DNA from: a virus | Lineage: Duplodnaviria > Caudoviricetes | Direction: 5' to 3' (one strand) | IMG/VR virus record: IMGVR_UViG_3300032116_000009 | DNA: 64,000 bases | In this document: positions 1-8,326 of the stretch, piece by piece | Layout: each line of letters begins with the position of its first letter | How positions within the stretch are numbered: position 1 is the first letter of the stretch | Position numbers and translations under genes: made by a program | The notes under the pieces: generated by a model | What the model saw: only the letters and a program-made list of their open reading frames with translations | Databases searched by the model: none | What the model was told of the DNA's origin: nothing

Positions 1-221
1 GTAGCAATATCTAAAATTGCCTCACGAATACTTTCATTTCTTGTTTCAAGTGCTTCATCCCATTCTCTATGCCCCGAAAAACAGGCATAATTTTCAGGGG
101 CAACATTATCAGCAAGAACACGAAGAGAAGCAGCAAAACCCTCTCTAATTGTTCCTCCGTGAGAAAATACTTCATCGGCAGCATCTATGATTGCTTGTGT
201 TTGTGTAGAAAGTTTAGTCAT
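1..221 (-). CDS. Hypothetical phage protein, 3' end runs off the window
   Basis: Read manually: ATG at 221, MTKLSTQTQAIIDAADEVFSHGG...; open to base 1; start overlaps the stop of the upstream ORF. Confidence 0.65.
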   Translation of the reverse strand, partial: MTKLSTQTQAIIDAADEVFSHGGTIREGFAASLRVLADNVAPENYACFSGHREWDEALETRNESIREAILDIA

Positions 222-412
222 ACATTCTCATCTCCCATATCAATAGAACAATTACTGTAACCTTCATCATATCCATAGTCATAACCTTCATCATACATTG
301 CTCGGGCAAAGTTCAAAAGTTGTAGAGTATCTGCCTTCCAACAAATATCATTCCACTTTTCAAAAGTTAGATAATTTTCAGCAAGTTGTAGGATTTGTTC
401 TTCAGTCATCAT
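218..412 (-). CDS. Hypothetical protein with YDEGYDYGYDEGY low-complexity motif
   Basis: ORF track 218..472; ATG at 412 chosen because it follows the stop of the upstream gene. Confidence 0.65.
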   Translation of the reverse strand: MMTEEQILQLAENYLTFEKWNDICWKADTLQLLNFARAMYDEGYDYGYDEGYSNCSIDMGDENV

Positions 413-413
413 C

Positions 414-635
414 TCAGTCCTTCTTGAAGAGTTTGTAGATGGCATCAGCAATAGCAAGTGCTTGTTCTTCATTCATACAAATGTGTTGTACTCGTTTATC
501 ACCTTTCTCAACATCATATACCCAATAAGAAATGGTGCAACCATCACATCCCACATCAAGGTGAGTGTCTTCTACTGTATACCAAAAATCTTCGTATTGT
601 TGAATACGAACTTGGTTGGTGATTTCAATAGTCAT
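414..635 (-). CDS. Hypothetical protein
   Basis: ORF track 414..710; start moved to MTIEIT at 635, downstream of GGA-type RBS and the promoter at 651-717. Confidence 0.7.
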   Translation of the reverse strand: MTIEITNQVRIQQYEDFWYTVEDTHLDVGCDGCTISYWVYDVEKGDKRVQHICMNEEQALAIADAIYKLFKKD

Positions 636-650
636 TGGAGTTCCTTTGTG

Positions 651-717
651 TATGAGAGTATTATAAGGCATCACAGGGGGCTTTGGAGTGTCCCTGTGCC
701 AGTTCTTCAAGTGTCCT
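651..717 (-). promoter_or_regulatory. Repeated promoter cassette copy 1 (upstream dyad box + TATAAT -10)
   Basis: Minus strand GGACACTTGAAGAACTGGCA, then 31 nt, then TATAAT (665-660); two blocks identical to 1060-1126. Confidence 0.75.
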
Positions 718-1046
718 CAAAACTTCTCTTCAATTTCTTGTTTTGTTGCTACTTCCACATTAGGATAACTCACATCCTCATAACCATACAATTCAAAATC
801 CCTAATCAGGTCTGTAACAAGATTATCACACAGATAATCAGCAAAAATGTTCGGGTCAAGTTTCCCTTTATTTGTAAGCATATCGTGATCCTTATGCTTT
901 TCAGGGTCAAACCTAATATAAAAAGTTACTTTATAACCTTGTAGATTTTCCAGAGCATCCTTTGTCTTCTGTTGTTCCTTATGTTTCTGAATTTGAAGTT
1001 CAAGTTCTTTGAGTTGTTCTACATTCAGTTGAGAGAGGTCAATCAT
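717..1046 (-). CDS. Hypothetical protein
   Basis: 109-aa ORF directly downstream of promoter cassette copy 2. Confidence 0.75.
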   Translation of the reverse strand: MIDLSQLNVEQLKELELQIQKHKEQQKTKDALENLQGYKVTFYIRFDPEKHKDHDMLTNKGKLDPNIFADYLCDNLVTDLIRDFELYGYEDVSYPNVEVATKQEIEEKF

Positions 1047-1059
1047 CGGTTTGGTTGCT

Positions 1060-1126
1060 TATGAGAGTATTATAGACCAATAGGAGACCTTGTGGGGTCT
1101 CCCTGTGCCAGTTCTTCAAGTGTCCT
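1060..1126 (-). promoter_or_regulatory. Repeated promoter cassette copy 2
   Basis: 27-bp block 1100-1126 identical to 691-717 and 15-bp block 1060-1074 identical to 651-665, same 25-nt gap. Confidence 0.75.
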
Positions 1127-1703
1127 TCTCATCAACCCACACAAAGCCCAAACAAGTTTTCATAAAGAAACGAACAATCATATTCGGTTTATCAGGCATA
1201 TAATACTTCAAATATCTACGGTTTCCATTCGTATAATAACCTTCGTGGGTTTTCCCCTGTTTGATTACAAAAGAGGATTCCACAGAACTACCAGTCACAA
1301 CAAAATTGGAGTAATCAAACTTGGAGTAACCAAGAGTAAGTTTTTGTGGAAAGCTTCCGTGTTCCTTCGCATACTCAAAGTCCTGAATAATCCTATCAAA
1401 CTTTTCGTTATATCTTTTTCCAGCAAAATATTGGGAACAATCAAACTTTTCTTTTGTTGCCTTTATGAGAGCATCAATCTTCTCATCCAGTTCTTGTTGG
1501 ATTTCTTCAATACTCTTGCGTGGTGTTGGTAATTTAAGTTCAGGTGGAACATAAGGAATTGTAAAGTATTCCTTTGCGACTTCATATTTTGGATTATCTT
1601 TATCCATAGAAGCAACCAATTCCATAGTATCAAAGATATTCTTCACATCTTTAATTGTTTTGATTGTATCTACATTAAGATTATGATTTAGTCTTTCAGT
1701 CAT
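1116..1703 (-). CDS. Hypothetical protein
   Basis: 195-aa ORF, start overlaps upstream stop (ATGA). Confidence 0.75.
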   Translation of the reverse strand: MTERLNHNLNVDTIKTIKDVKNIFDTMELVASMDKDNPKYEVAKEYFTIPYVPPELKLPTPRKSIEEIQQELDEKIDALIKATKEKFDCSQYFAGKRYNEKFDRIIQDFEYAKEHGSFPQKLTLGYSKFDYSNFVVTGSSVESSFVIKQGKTHEGYYTNGNRRYLKYYMPDKPNMIVRFFMKTCLGFVWVDEKDT

Positions 1704-1876
1704 TTTGCCTCCATAGCAGCAATCACAGCATCACGGGCACTTTTACCTTTTGCTCTATTCATAGGAAATCCACTATTAATAAACACCCAATCACTCTCAC
1801 CATTCATTTTAAGAGAATGTGGTTTGAACTGATTGAGTAGAAACTCAAGGATTTCTGTATCTGTTGGTTCAATCAT
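1700..1876 (-). CDS. Hypothetical protein (58 aa, below ORF-track cutoff)
   Basis: Read manually: MIEPTDTEILEFLLNQF...AAMEAK; fills the gap with ATGA overlaps at both ends. Confidence 0.65.
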   Translation of the reverse strand: MIEPTDTEILEFLLNQFKPHSLKMNGESDWVFINSGFPMNRAKGKSARDAVIAAMEAK

Positions 1877-2043
1877 CGTATCCCATTATCAAAGAGTTCT
1901 TTTAGTTCCCGATAAAGTGGTCGCAGTTCGTCATACCCAGACCCAATATCCAATAGTTCCTTATTAGCTTTTAGCATAGAATGGAGTTGTCGTGCTTGGT
2001 CTTCTGTGAGTGTGAGTTTGTAGTTTTTGGTAATTTCAATCAT
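1873..2043 (-). CDS. Hypothetical protein
   Basis: ORF track 1873..2079; start MIEITK after GGAG. Confidence 0.65.
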   Translation of the reverse strand: MIEITKNYKLTLTEDQARQLHSMLKANKELLDIGSGYDELRPLYRELKELFDNGIR

Positions 2044-2209
2044 TTTGAGGTCTCCAATTTGATGTGTGTGCCCAACCATCGGTTCTTACATTATACCAGT
2101 AATCATATCCCCATACACCAAAATCATTACGATAATACTGAACTAACCCAAATCCATTAGCATCTTCTTTTGTTGGTCTTCTGTTCGTAATTGGTTTAGT
2201 TTCAATCAT
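2036..2209 (-). CDS. Hypothetical protein
   Basis: ORF track 2036..2224; start MIETK after GAGG. Confidence 0.6.
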   Translation of the reverse strand: MIETKPITNRRPTKEDANGFGLVQYYRNDFGVWGYDYWYNVRTDGWAHTSNWRPQND

Positions 2210-2210
2210 T

Positions 2211-2414
2211 TCAATCCTCAACATAATGATACACAGGTTCGTTGTATTTTCTCAGTAGTCGTATTGCTTCTTGTGCTTCTTGAAGTGTTTGGAATGTAGC
2301 ATCTGAGTGAAGAATATATTTTTTTTCAGCAAGATGATAATACTGAATGAAAAAATAAGGTTTCAAAGTTTTTAAATTGAGGTCTTCTACAATTCGGTAA
2401 TCATAAACTTTCAT
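2211..2414 (-). CDS. Hypothetical protein (YRI...T.QEAQ family)
   Basis: ORF track 2211..2432; start MKVYDY after GGAGG. Confidence 0.65.
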   Translation of the reverse strand: MKVYDYRIVEDLNLKTLKPYFFIQYYHLAEKKYILHSDATFQTLQEAQEAIRLLRKYNEPVYHYVED

Positions 2415-2632
2415 TATTTCCGTGCCTCCCAATACTTACCTTCATTACCACATCTACCATAAGGCAATCTCATCATATCACAAAAACGACCACCTTTGAC
2501 TTTTCCAGTCACCAGATTGCCACTCACTACTGGATTGAGGCACATATCAAATCGGTCTCCACCACCAGTAAGATGCTCAAACCAATCTTTCTTGTAGTGC
2601 TTACAATCCTTACAGAGTTTTAGGTCGGTCAT
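2414..2632 (-). CDS. Cys-rich hypothetical protein, probable metal binding
   Basis: CKDC near N-terminus plus three further Cys. Confidence 0.65.
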   Translation of the reverse strand: MTDLKLCKDCKHYKKDWFEHLTGGGDRFDMCLNPVVSGNLVTGKVKGGRFCDMMRLPYGRCGNEGKYWEARK

Positions 2633-2732
2633 TATTGTGATACTCTCCAAAGAAAAATGGAGACAGGAACCATAAAAACTGCTAGTTGAGCCACATCAAT
2701 CCAAGTTTTTGGGTCAGACACACATTCAGTCA

Positions 2733-2951
2733 TTAGTTTTCTCCACAATCACAATCAAAGGACAAATATTCTATCACAGGTTCTCTCAAATAGTTGCAAA
2801 GGTGCCACTGTGCTTCTTCAAATGTAGAATAATCACCATCCCTATATTCATCTACAAATAGATTATACCAAAACAATCCATATCTTTTGTGTTGTGGATA
2901 ATATCTGGTTGAGTGTCCGTCTGTTACTTTTTTGATACGATAGTTTTTCAT
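2733..2951 (-). CDS. Hypothetical protein (YRI...TFEEAQ family)
   Basis: 72-aa ORF, similar layout to 2211..2414. Confidence 0.65.
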   Translation of the reverse strand: MKNYRIKKVTDGHSTRYYPQHKRYGLFWYNLFVDEYRDGDYSTFEEAQWHLCNYLREPVIEYLSFDCDCGEN

Positions 2952-3139
2952 AAATCGTAAGGATGTTGAGGATCTCTAGTCCATAGTTTAGTATATACTA
3001 ACCATTTCTCTTGTTTGTTATCCAATTCAGCAGTCCAGTGGATACCATTCTCATCAATAGCATCCAGGTAATGAATACCTTTGCGGTCATCAATCACACG
3101 AGTGACCGTTACAAACTTTACTTTCTCAACCATAATCAA
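2948..3139 (-). CDS. Hypothetical protein
   Basis: 63-aa ORF in same-strand chain. Confidence 0.6.
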   Translation of the reverse strand: MIMVEKVKFVTVTRVIDDRKGIHYLDAIDENGIHWTAELDNKQEKWLVYTKLWTRDPQHPYDL

Positions 3140-3254
3140 TTACCGTTAATAATGTTCCAAAATTGTTTAGAATTAGCACCAGGCAGATGTGGTAGTTTCT
3201 TCTCCCAGTATCCTGTGATGTGATAATACCACGATTTTAGCACATATGGAAGTT

Positions 3255-3605
3255 TCACACACCGTCTCCAGTTTCATTCCATCCATCTGGATGATTATCC
3301 ATGCGTGTAACTATCTCTTCAATCTCCTCCCAGTGTTTCTCTACTTCTTTTACACGATGCATAAAACTATCTTCACCATGATCACCAGAATACAGATAAT
3401 CAATATGCCTCATGATCTCTGCTACCTTACGCATCTGACGAAGTTGCTTCCTCAAATACTTGATAGTTTCTGGTGAAAAATTGGGAGCATACTCATATTC
3501 ATCCAGTTTTTTGTTGTTGTTTTGGATTTCTACTTCCAACTCATCAGCAAACTGTGCTACCTTGTAGTAATCGTAACCACAATCATTAAAGTGTCCGCCG
3601 CTCAT
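3255..3605 (-). CDS. Hypothetical protein
   Basis: ORF track 3255..3629; start MSGGHF after GGAGG, ATGA overlap. Confidence 0.7.
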   Translation of the reverse strand: MSGGHFNDCGYDYYKVAQFADELEVEIQNNNKKLDEYEYAPNFSPETIKYLRKQLRQMRKVAEIMRHIDYLYSGDHGEDSFMHRVKEVEKHWEEIEEIVTRMDNHPDGWNETGDGV

Positions 3606-3949
3606 TGTTGTGCCTCCAGTTGTTTCCAAGCAAGTTCTTCACGTTCACGTAGATTCTCAATAGAACCTTTAGCAACCTCAGGCCACTCTTCCTTAGAGTT
3701 CTGCCACCAATCTTTGTAGTCCTCAGGCATTACAGATGAAAGTTCATCATCATAGCGTTGAAGACGAGCAAGTTCAGATTTGATTTGTTGTAGATGTTCT
3801 ATGCGTTCTTTACACAGGTCATACTCTTCACAATACCAATCAAGTTGTGGTTCTTCTTGATTAGTTTCTTCACGAATATCCCATTCAAGACACTGAAGAT
3901 GTCCTTCTTGGTCTTGAATGAAATGATTAATTGTGTCAATCAGAGACAT
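3602..3949 (-). CDS. Hypothetical coiled-coil protein
   Basis: ORF track 3602..3967; start MSLID after GAGGAG. Confidence 0.7.
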   Translation of the reverse strand: MSLIDTINHFIQDQEGHLQCLEWDIREETNQEEPQLDWYCEEYDLCKERIEHLQQIKSELARLQRYDDELSSVMPEDYKDWWQNSKEEWPEVAKGSIENLREREELAWKQLEAQQ

Positions 3950-4121
3950 GATTCTCCTCAAATTCAAACCATTCGTAGATAGAGTTCATTGCACCCTCAA
4001 CCACTAGATCAACCACTGCATCTTCGTGTGGATTCTCTACATGTTTGTGGGCACGATTGTATCCATACCTGACACCTTCTTCAAGGGCCATACTAAGGAC
4101 TTTACGAAAGTTAGGTTTCAT
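3936..4121 (-). CDS. Hypothetical protein
   Basis: 61-aa ORF with ATGA overlap. Confidence 0.65.
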   Translation of the reverse strand: MKPNFRKVLSMALEEGVRYGYNRAHKHVENPHEDAVVDLVVEGAMNSIYEWFEFEENHVSD

Positions 4122-4675
4122 TTTTGTTTACCATGTAGAGGGCAGTCGCCATTTACCCATTTACGATCTTCAGGCATCTCTTCGTTATCCATTACAGGAC
4201 ACTTACATCCCTTCATCACAGCAGAATTGCTACCAGGAACAAGACCTTTCCATTCCTGATGAGTAATGGCTGCCATTTCTTCATCAGTATATTGAGAATT
4301 CTCAGGTTGTTCGAGACGAGAAAGTTTAGCTTTCAGATCATAAATTTCATCTTCCAACTTACGAAACTCTTTTGCATAATCTTCTGCAAGTTTCATATCA
4401 AACTCTTCAGCAACCTTACGCATTTCTTCTTCACCACGCATATCATTAAATGCAAGTGAACAAGCTCCTTTCATAATACCTTGTTCACAGTGCCCCATTG
4501 TTCGGGCAATATTTCCAAAGAAACGGAACAGTTGAATGGTATTGATGTCATGACAAGGAATCTCAAAGGTATAATGTTCCTCTGGAAGAGTTTCATCATC
4601 ATAGATTCCAGACCCACCATAACTAGGAGTCCATTCAGTATCAAAGTGAACTTTCAGTGTTGCTTTGTAAGTCAT
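4118..4675 (-). CDS. Hypothetical protein with C-terminal Cys/His cluster
   Basis: C-terminus PGSNSAVMKGCKCPVMDN...CPLHG. Confidence 0.75.
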   Translation of the reverse strand: MTYKATLKVHFDTEWTPSYGGSGIYDDETLPEEHYTFEIPCHDINTIQLFRFFGNIARTMGHCEQGIMKGACSLAFNDMRGEEEMRKVAEEFDMKLAEDYAKEFRKLEDEIYDLKAKLSRLEQPENSQYTDEEMAAITHQEWKGLVPGSNSAVMKGCKCPVMDNEEMPEDRKWVNGDCPLHGKQK

Positions 4676-4697
4676 TGATCTAGATTTGTATATTCAT

Positions 4698-4754
4698 ACT
4701 ATAAAGATTCTGGTTGTAAAAGTCAAGGGTCGATGGACAGTTCCTCAAGTGTCC
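4698..4754 (-). promoter_or_regulatory. Sigma70-type promoter with upstream dyad box
   Basis: TTGACT (4726-4721), 17 nt, TATAGT (4703-4698); near-palindrome GGACAGTT-N4-AAGTGTCC at 4735-4754. Confidence 0.75.
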
Positions 4755-5083
4755 TCTTCATTAGATTCTTCTAACATTTTTTTCAAATCATCCATAAAAT
4801 CTTCAGTCAACGGAATCAATTTCTCTTCTCCACGATCAATACGATCACACATTTCCATCAAGTATTCTAAAAACTCTTTGGGATAAGTTTCATCCATATT
4901 GATACTACACCAGAACCATTGATAACATTCTTCATAAGGGTCATCAGTTGAAAGTAGGGCATAGTCTTTATAATTTCCACTAATGAGGTCTCTCCACATC
5001 TTGAAGTTGTTCCACATCTCCCTCCAACCAGTCTGGAAGCAGTGACCGAAATAATACTCAATCCAGTTCAGTTTCGTTTTCAT
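4745..5083 (-). CDS. Hypothetical protein
   Basis: 112-aa ORF. Confidence 0.7.
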   Translation of the reverse strand: MKTKLNWIEYYFGHCFQTGWREMWNNFKMWRDLISGNYKDYALLSTDDPYEECYQWFWCSINMDETYPKEFLEYLMEMCDRIDRGEEKLIPLTEDFMDDLKKMLEESNEEDT

Positions 5084-5330
5084 CTAGTTCCTCTAAGTAA
5101 TCCCACTTCCAAGTGCGTTCAATAATACCAATATCAAAACCAAACTTATATGCCCAGAACATAATACTCAAAGTAGAACCAGTTCCAGAACTAATCTTGA
5201 TGTAAGGCCATCCAGGATAATCATTCCAACTTACAGATGCTTGAAGCAAACTCCAACCTTTTGCATTTAGAACCTGAACATACCATTCGTGTCCAAAGTC
5301 TTCACGGTGTTTAAAATTAATTAAATTCAT
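5058..5330 (-). CDS. Hypothetical protein
   Basis: 90-aa ORF. Confidence 0.7.
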   Translation of the reverse strand: MNLINFKHREDFGHEWYVQVLNAKGWSLLQASVSWNDYPGWPYIKISSGTGSTLSIMFWAYKFGFDIGIIERTWKWDYLEELDENETELD

Positions 5331-5332
5331 TT

Positions 5333-5713
5333 TTAGTTACATCCAAAAATTGTACCACCTACGGCAGCGCCTACAGGGATCGCCCACCAACGTCCATCAC
5401 CTCTAGATAGTGCAGCACCCACACCACCCCCTAGAAGTGCGCCTAGGGTCGCCTGAGTAGGATTACAGTAACCGCGGCGATAATAATTGTTCCCATAATT
5501 ATCAACTCTACGTGGCTGATAATTGACGGGTCCATTTCCGCAAGGGACTTGGTATGACTGAGTAGAAACATTTCCTTGTACATAATTACCATATCTATCA
5601 TAGTAACCAGGAGTGTAAACTTCACGATACTTTGTACAAGTTTGATAATCGTTTACTTGTTGTGAATACACTTGCGTTGGAGTAAGTAGTAGTAAGAAAA
5701 GTAGGTATTTCAT
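5333..5713 (-). CDS. Secreted/membrane protein with glycine-zipper 2TM-like C-terminus
   Basis: Signal-peptide-like MKYLLFLLLLTP; C-terminal GALLGGGVGAAL...AIPVGAAVGG. Confidence 0.7.
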   Translation of the reverse strand: MKYLLFLLLLTPTQVYSQQVNDYQTCTKYREVYTPGYYDRYGNYVQGNVSTQSYQVPCGNGPVNYQPRRVDNYGNNYYRRGYCNPTQATLGALLGGGVGAALSRGDGRWWAIPVGAAVGGTIFGCN

Positions 5714-6111
5714 TTGTATTTCCCTGTGACATTTTCGAAATCTTGTATGATTCCATACTTAAAGTGTAATCTCATTCTTGGCCAGTCTTCCCACTCACCT
5801 TTCCAATTTTCTGGATACACTTCAATATATTTGGTAATATAACACAGAATTACTTTACCACGACTGCCAGTGCGAACCCATTCAAAGTTCATCCATTTAC
5901 GTTTTGGATCATACTTTGGATGATCTTCTTCAAAGATTTCCATCGTATAACAACCACTATAACTTGGATACCACAACTTTCCCGAGGGATCTAACCAGTA
6001 ATCGGTCATTGTGCCACCATAACCATCTTCAATATCCTTGGTTTGACATACTACATTCGTAAATTCTTTACCAAGATCGTATGATGATCTGAAATAGTCA
6101 AACATCCCCAT
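5710..6111 (-). CDS. Conserved phage hypothetical protein
   Basis: MGMFDY...QTKD N-terminus of a type seen in many phages. Confidence 0.7.
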   Translation of the reverse strand: MGMFDYFRSSYDLGKEFTNVVCQTKDIEDGYGGTMTDYWLDPSGKLWYPSYSGCYTMEIFEEDHPKYDPKRKWMNFEWVRTGSRGKVILCYITKYIEVYPENWKGEWEDWPRMRLHFKYGIIQDFENVTGKYK

Positions 6112-6116
6112 GTTAC

Positions 6117-7748
6117 TTATCCAGCTACATTATTTAAGAAAAATTCAGTATTGATATACTTCCATGCAATATCTCTGTCAGAGGATTCAAACCTATCCGT
6201 ACCAAAAGTACTATAAGACTTGCAGAGCCCGTTAGGCAAGTACCTTAACATCTCGTTAGGATGTCCACAGAAACCTCGTTTTTCAAACGGAACTGTGTTA
6301 AAGCAAGTTTCAAATAGTTTAACTAAAGATGATTTACCAAGAAGTAAAGAAACTGGAGAATTTAAAGCAAAAGTTACTATATCTTTACGAGTAAAGGGAG
6401 TCCTACACTCAATACCATGACTTGATCCAATAAGATCTGTTGACATTAATGTTGCATTAGGCATCTGATGAAAGAAATCTACATAAGAACAAGCTTTGAT
6501 AGAAGAATCTCTTTCTGAAAATCCATGATTTTTAAAAAAGTCTTTCACATAATTAAAATCCTCTTCAATTTCTTTCTCAAATGAGAGAATAAAATTATTT
6601 CTGATCGGTAGTGTATATTGGGATTTATTTGAACTTTCGTAATATTTGTATCCCAAAAACAATTCATCCGCACCTTCTCCTCCATAAAGTATTGATCCAG
6701 GTTCGACCATACTAAACATGATATTTGCAGAAGCGAAATCATGGGATGGAATCGGAGAACAACATAACTTTAAACATTCCAAGTAAGATTCATAATACTC
6801 ATCAATATCAATGTTTCTCTGTAGTTGTAAAGACGAAAGATTCTTGAATAGTCTATTTGATGATAAAGCTACAGGATCCTTTTGGTTAAATGTCAGAGTA
6901 ATTGCACGTTCAACATTCACTCCAGCCTGTTCTAAAAAATGAGTAACAATAGAAGAATCGACACCACCAGAAACTACTGAATACACCTTTACATGTGGAA
7001 GGACAGACTTTTGCATCTTTTGCAAAGTTTTTAACAATAACTCATTTACCTGTAATGTGTAATCATGCTGACTTTTATTCTTGAGTTCAAATATTAGATC
7101 GGTGTTTAAATAATCTCTTCCAGACCAAACTCTTTCTACAGTTAAATGTTTATTGTAAGTTAATTTATGGCCTGGCGGTACTTGATAAATTCCTTCAATT
7201 GAAGTGGAATTTGAGATGTAATGTCTTGTTAAAAAGTAATCTTTTAAAGCAACTTTATTAACTCTAATTGGAACTCCATATTTTTCCAACACATCCTTAA
7301 TAAAAGATGGAGTTGAGGATATGATAAACAGTCTAGGAGAATCGTAGTAAAAACACCTCTTTTCACCAATCACATCTCTATAAACATCAACGTTGAAATA
7401 CGATCCATGTTTTTCCACATTCGCAACAGAAAACATTCCGTCGCAGTTGAGTAGAATTTTTTCTAACTCTTCTTTTTTAATGTAATCTGTGTCATTGGAG
7501 TATTTTGTCTCATCATAAATCTCACCGTTATACAACGTAACTTTGTAATTTATTGGTAGATTTGCAATTGACTTTTCATGTTTAGGTTCAGTTTGTATCG
7601 CAAGAACTGACTGATACATATAAACCTGTTCACTCAAATAGTGAGTCGCAGAAGATGGGCCACGAAGACCTAGATCATCTTCTGCAATACGAATCAACTC
7701 ATAGTCAATTTTATCTCTTTTACATAATACCAGACCAAAACCACACAT
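6117..7748 (-). CDS. asnB: Asparagine synthase (glutamine-hydrolysing) family amidotransferase
   Basis: N-terminal MCG (catalytic Cys), NGEIY, SGGVDSS PP-loop, GEGADELFLGY, ECRTPF. Confidence 0.85.
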   Translation of the reverse strand: MCGFGLVLCKRDKIDYELIRIAEDDLGLRGPSSATHYLSEQVYMYQSVLAIQTEPKHEKSIANLPINYKVTLYNGEIYDETKYSNDTDYIKKEELEKILLNCDGMFSVANVEKHGSYFNVDVYRDVIGEKRCFYYDSPRLFIISSTPSFIKDVLEKYGVPIRVNKVALKDYFLTRHYISNSTSIEGIYQVPPGHKLTYNKHLTVERVWSGRDYLNTDLIFELKNKSQHDYTLQVNELLLKTLQKMQKSVLPHVKVYSVVSGGVDSSIVTHFLEQAGVNVERAITLTFNQKDPVALSSNRLFKNLSSLQLQRNIDIDEYYESYLECLKLCCSPIPSHDFASANIMFSMVEPGSILYGGEGADELFLGYKYYESSNKSQYTLPIRNNFILSFEKEIEEDFNYVKDFFKNHGFSERDSSIKACSYVDFFHQMPNATLMSTDLIGSSHGIECRTPFTRKDIVTFALNSPVSLLLGKSSLVKLFETCFNTVPFEKRGFCGHPNEMLRYLPNGLCKSYSTFGTDRFESSDRDIAWKYINTEFFLNNVAG

Positions 7749-7749
7749 G

Positions 7750-8028
7750 TTACCACTTAGATGCTGGACATTTTACATTTGCAAATTTTATCTTATGTTC
7801 CATAAAACATCCACATTTGTAACATCTTTTTTGATCTTTGTTGTAATCTGGACATTCATTACAAATTTCAATTCTTTTTTCTTGTAATTCTTTAGACGCT
7901 AAAAATCCATTTCCAGACGCAGCACCTTGACCCACATCTTTAGCAAACTCTTGAAAAGATTTTATTTGTTCCCAAAAGTCTGGATATTGATTTTCATCAA
8001 TTAATTCTGGTAATTTTTTTTCGTCCAT
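7750..8028 (-). CDS. Small Cys-rich protein (DUF6171-like)
   Basis: CNEC...CYKCGC...CP..KW pattern. Confidence 0.65.
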   Translation of the reverse strand: MDEKKLPELIDENQYPDFWEQIKSFQEFAKDVGQGAASGNGFLASKELQEKRIEICNECPDYNKDQKRCYKCGCFMEHKIKFANVKCPASKW

Positions 8029-8038
8029 AAATCCAATA

Positions 8039-8068
8039 ATTATACAAAATAAAAGGGGCTATTGTCAA
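8039..8068 (-). promoter_or_regulatory. Sigma70-type promoter
   Basis: TTGACA (8068-8063), 18 nt, TATAAT (8044-8039). Confidence 0.7.
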
Positions 8069-8084
8069 TGTTGACTAGCCCCTT
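8046..8084 (-). terminator. Intrinsic terminator hairpin overlapping the -35 box
   Basis: Inverted repeat AAGGGGCTA (8053-8061) / TAGCCCCTT (8076-8084), T-rich run 3' on the minus strand. Confidence 0.6.
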
Positions 8085-8114
8085 CAATTGCGGTTATAAT
8101 AACTCTGTGCAGTT

Positions 8115-8294
8115 TCAAAGATTATTAGTCTTTACTACTTCAAAAGCTTCTAGAGCTCCTTGAAGTTTAATGAACTGTTCTTTTTTAAGATTGAACGTTC
8201 TTTCTGTTTCAATCAGTTCTTCTCTGAGATCTTCGATTTGTTTGGTGATCTCAGCAATCATTTCGTCAATATTTTGTGATTTTTCTTCGGTCAT
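8115..8294 (-). CDS. Small coiled-coil protein
   Basis: ORF track 8115..8348; start MTEEKS; heptad pattern. Confidence 0.65.
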   Translation of the reverse strand: MTEEKSQNIDEMIAEITKQIEDLREELIETERTFNLKKEQFIKLQGALEAFEVVKTNNL

Positions 8295-8326
8295 GTTTAA
8301 ATGGTAAAATAACTCAGACACTTTAT

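Noticed and set aside
218-300. YDEGYDYGYDEGY short repeat as a regulatory or contingency repeat
   Set aside because: Short in-frame low-complexity motif with degenerate codons, not a perfect DNA tandem repeat
462-944. 160-aa plus-strand ORF and other plus-strand ORFs in 69-6420
   Set aside because: Antisense shadows of tightly packed minus-strand genes; no RBS or promoter; Ile/Phe-biased composition expected from reverse-complemented AT-rich codons
6117-7748. GAT-QueC (7-deazaguanine pathway) interpretation of the amidotransferase
   Set aside because: Lacks the QueC C-terminal Cys cluster and has AsnB-specific GEGADELF and E.R.PF motifs; no folE, queD, queE or dpdA in the window
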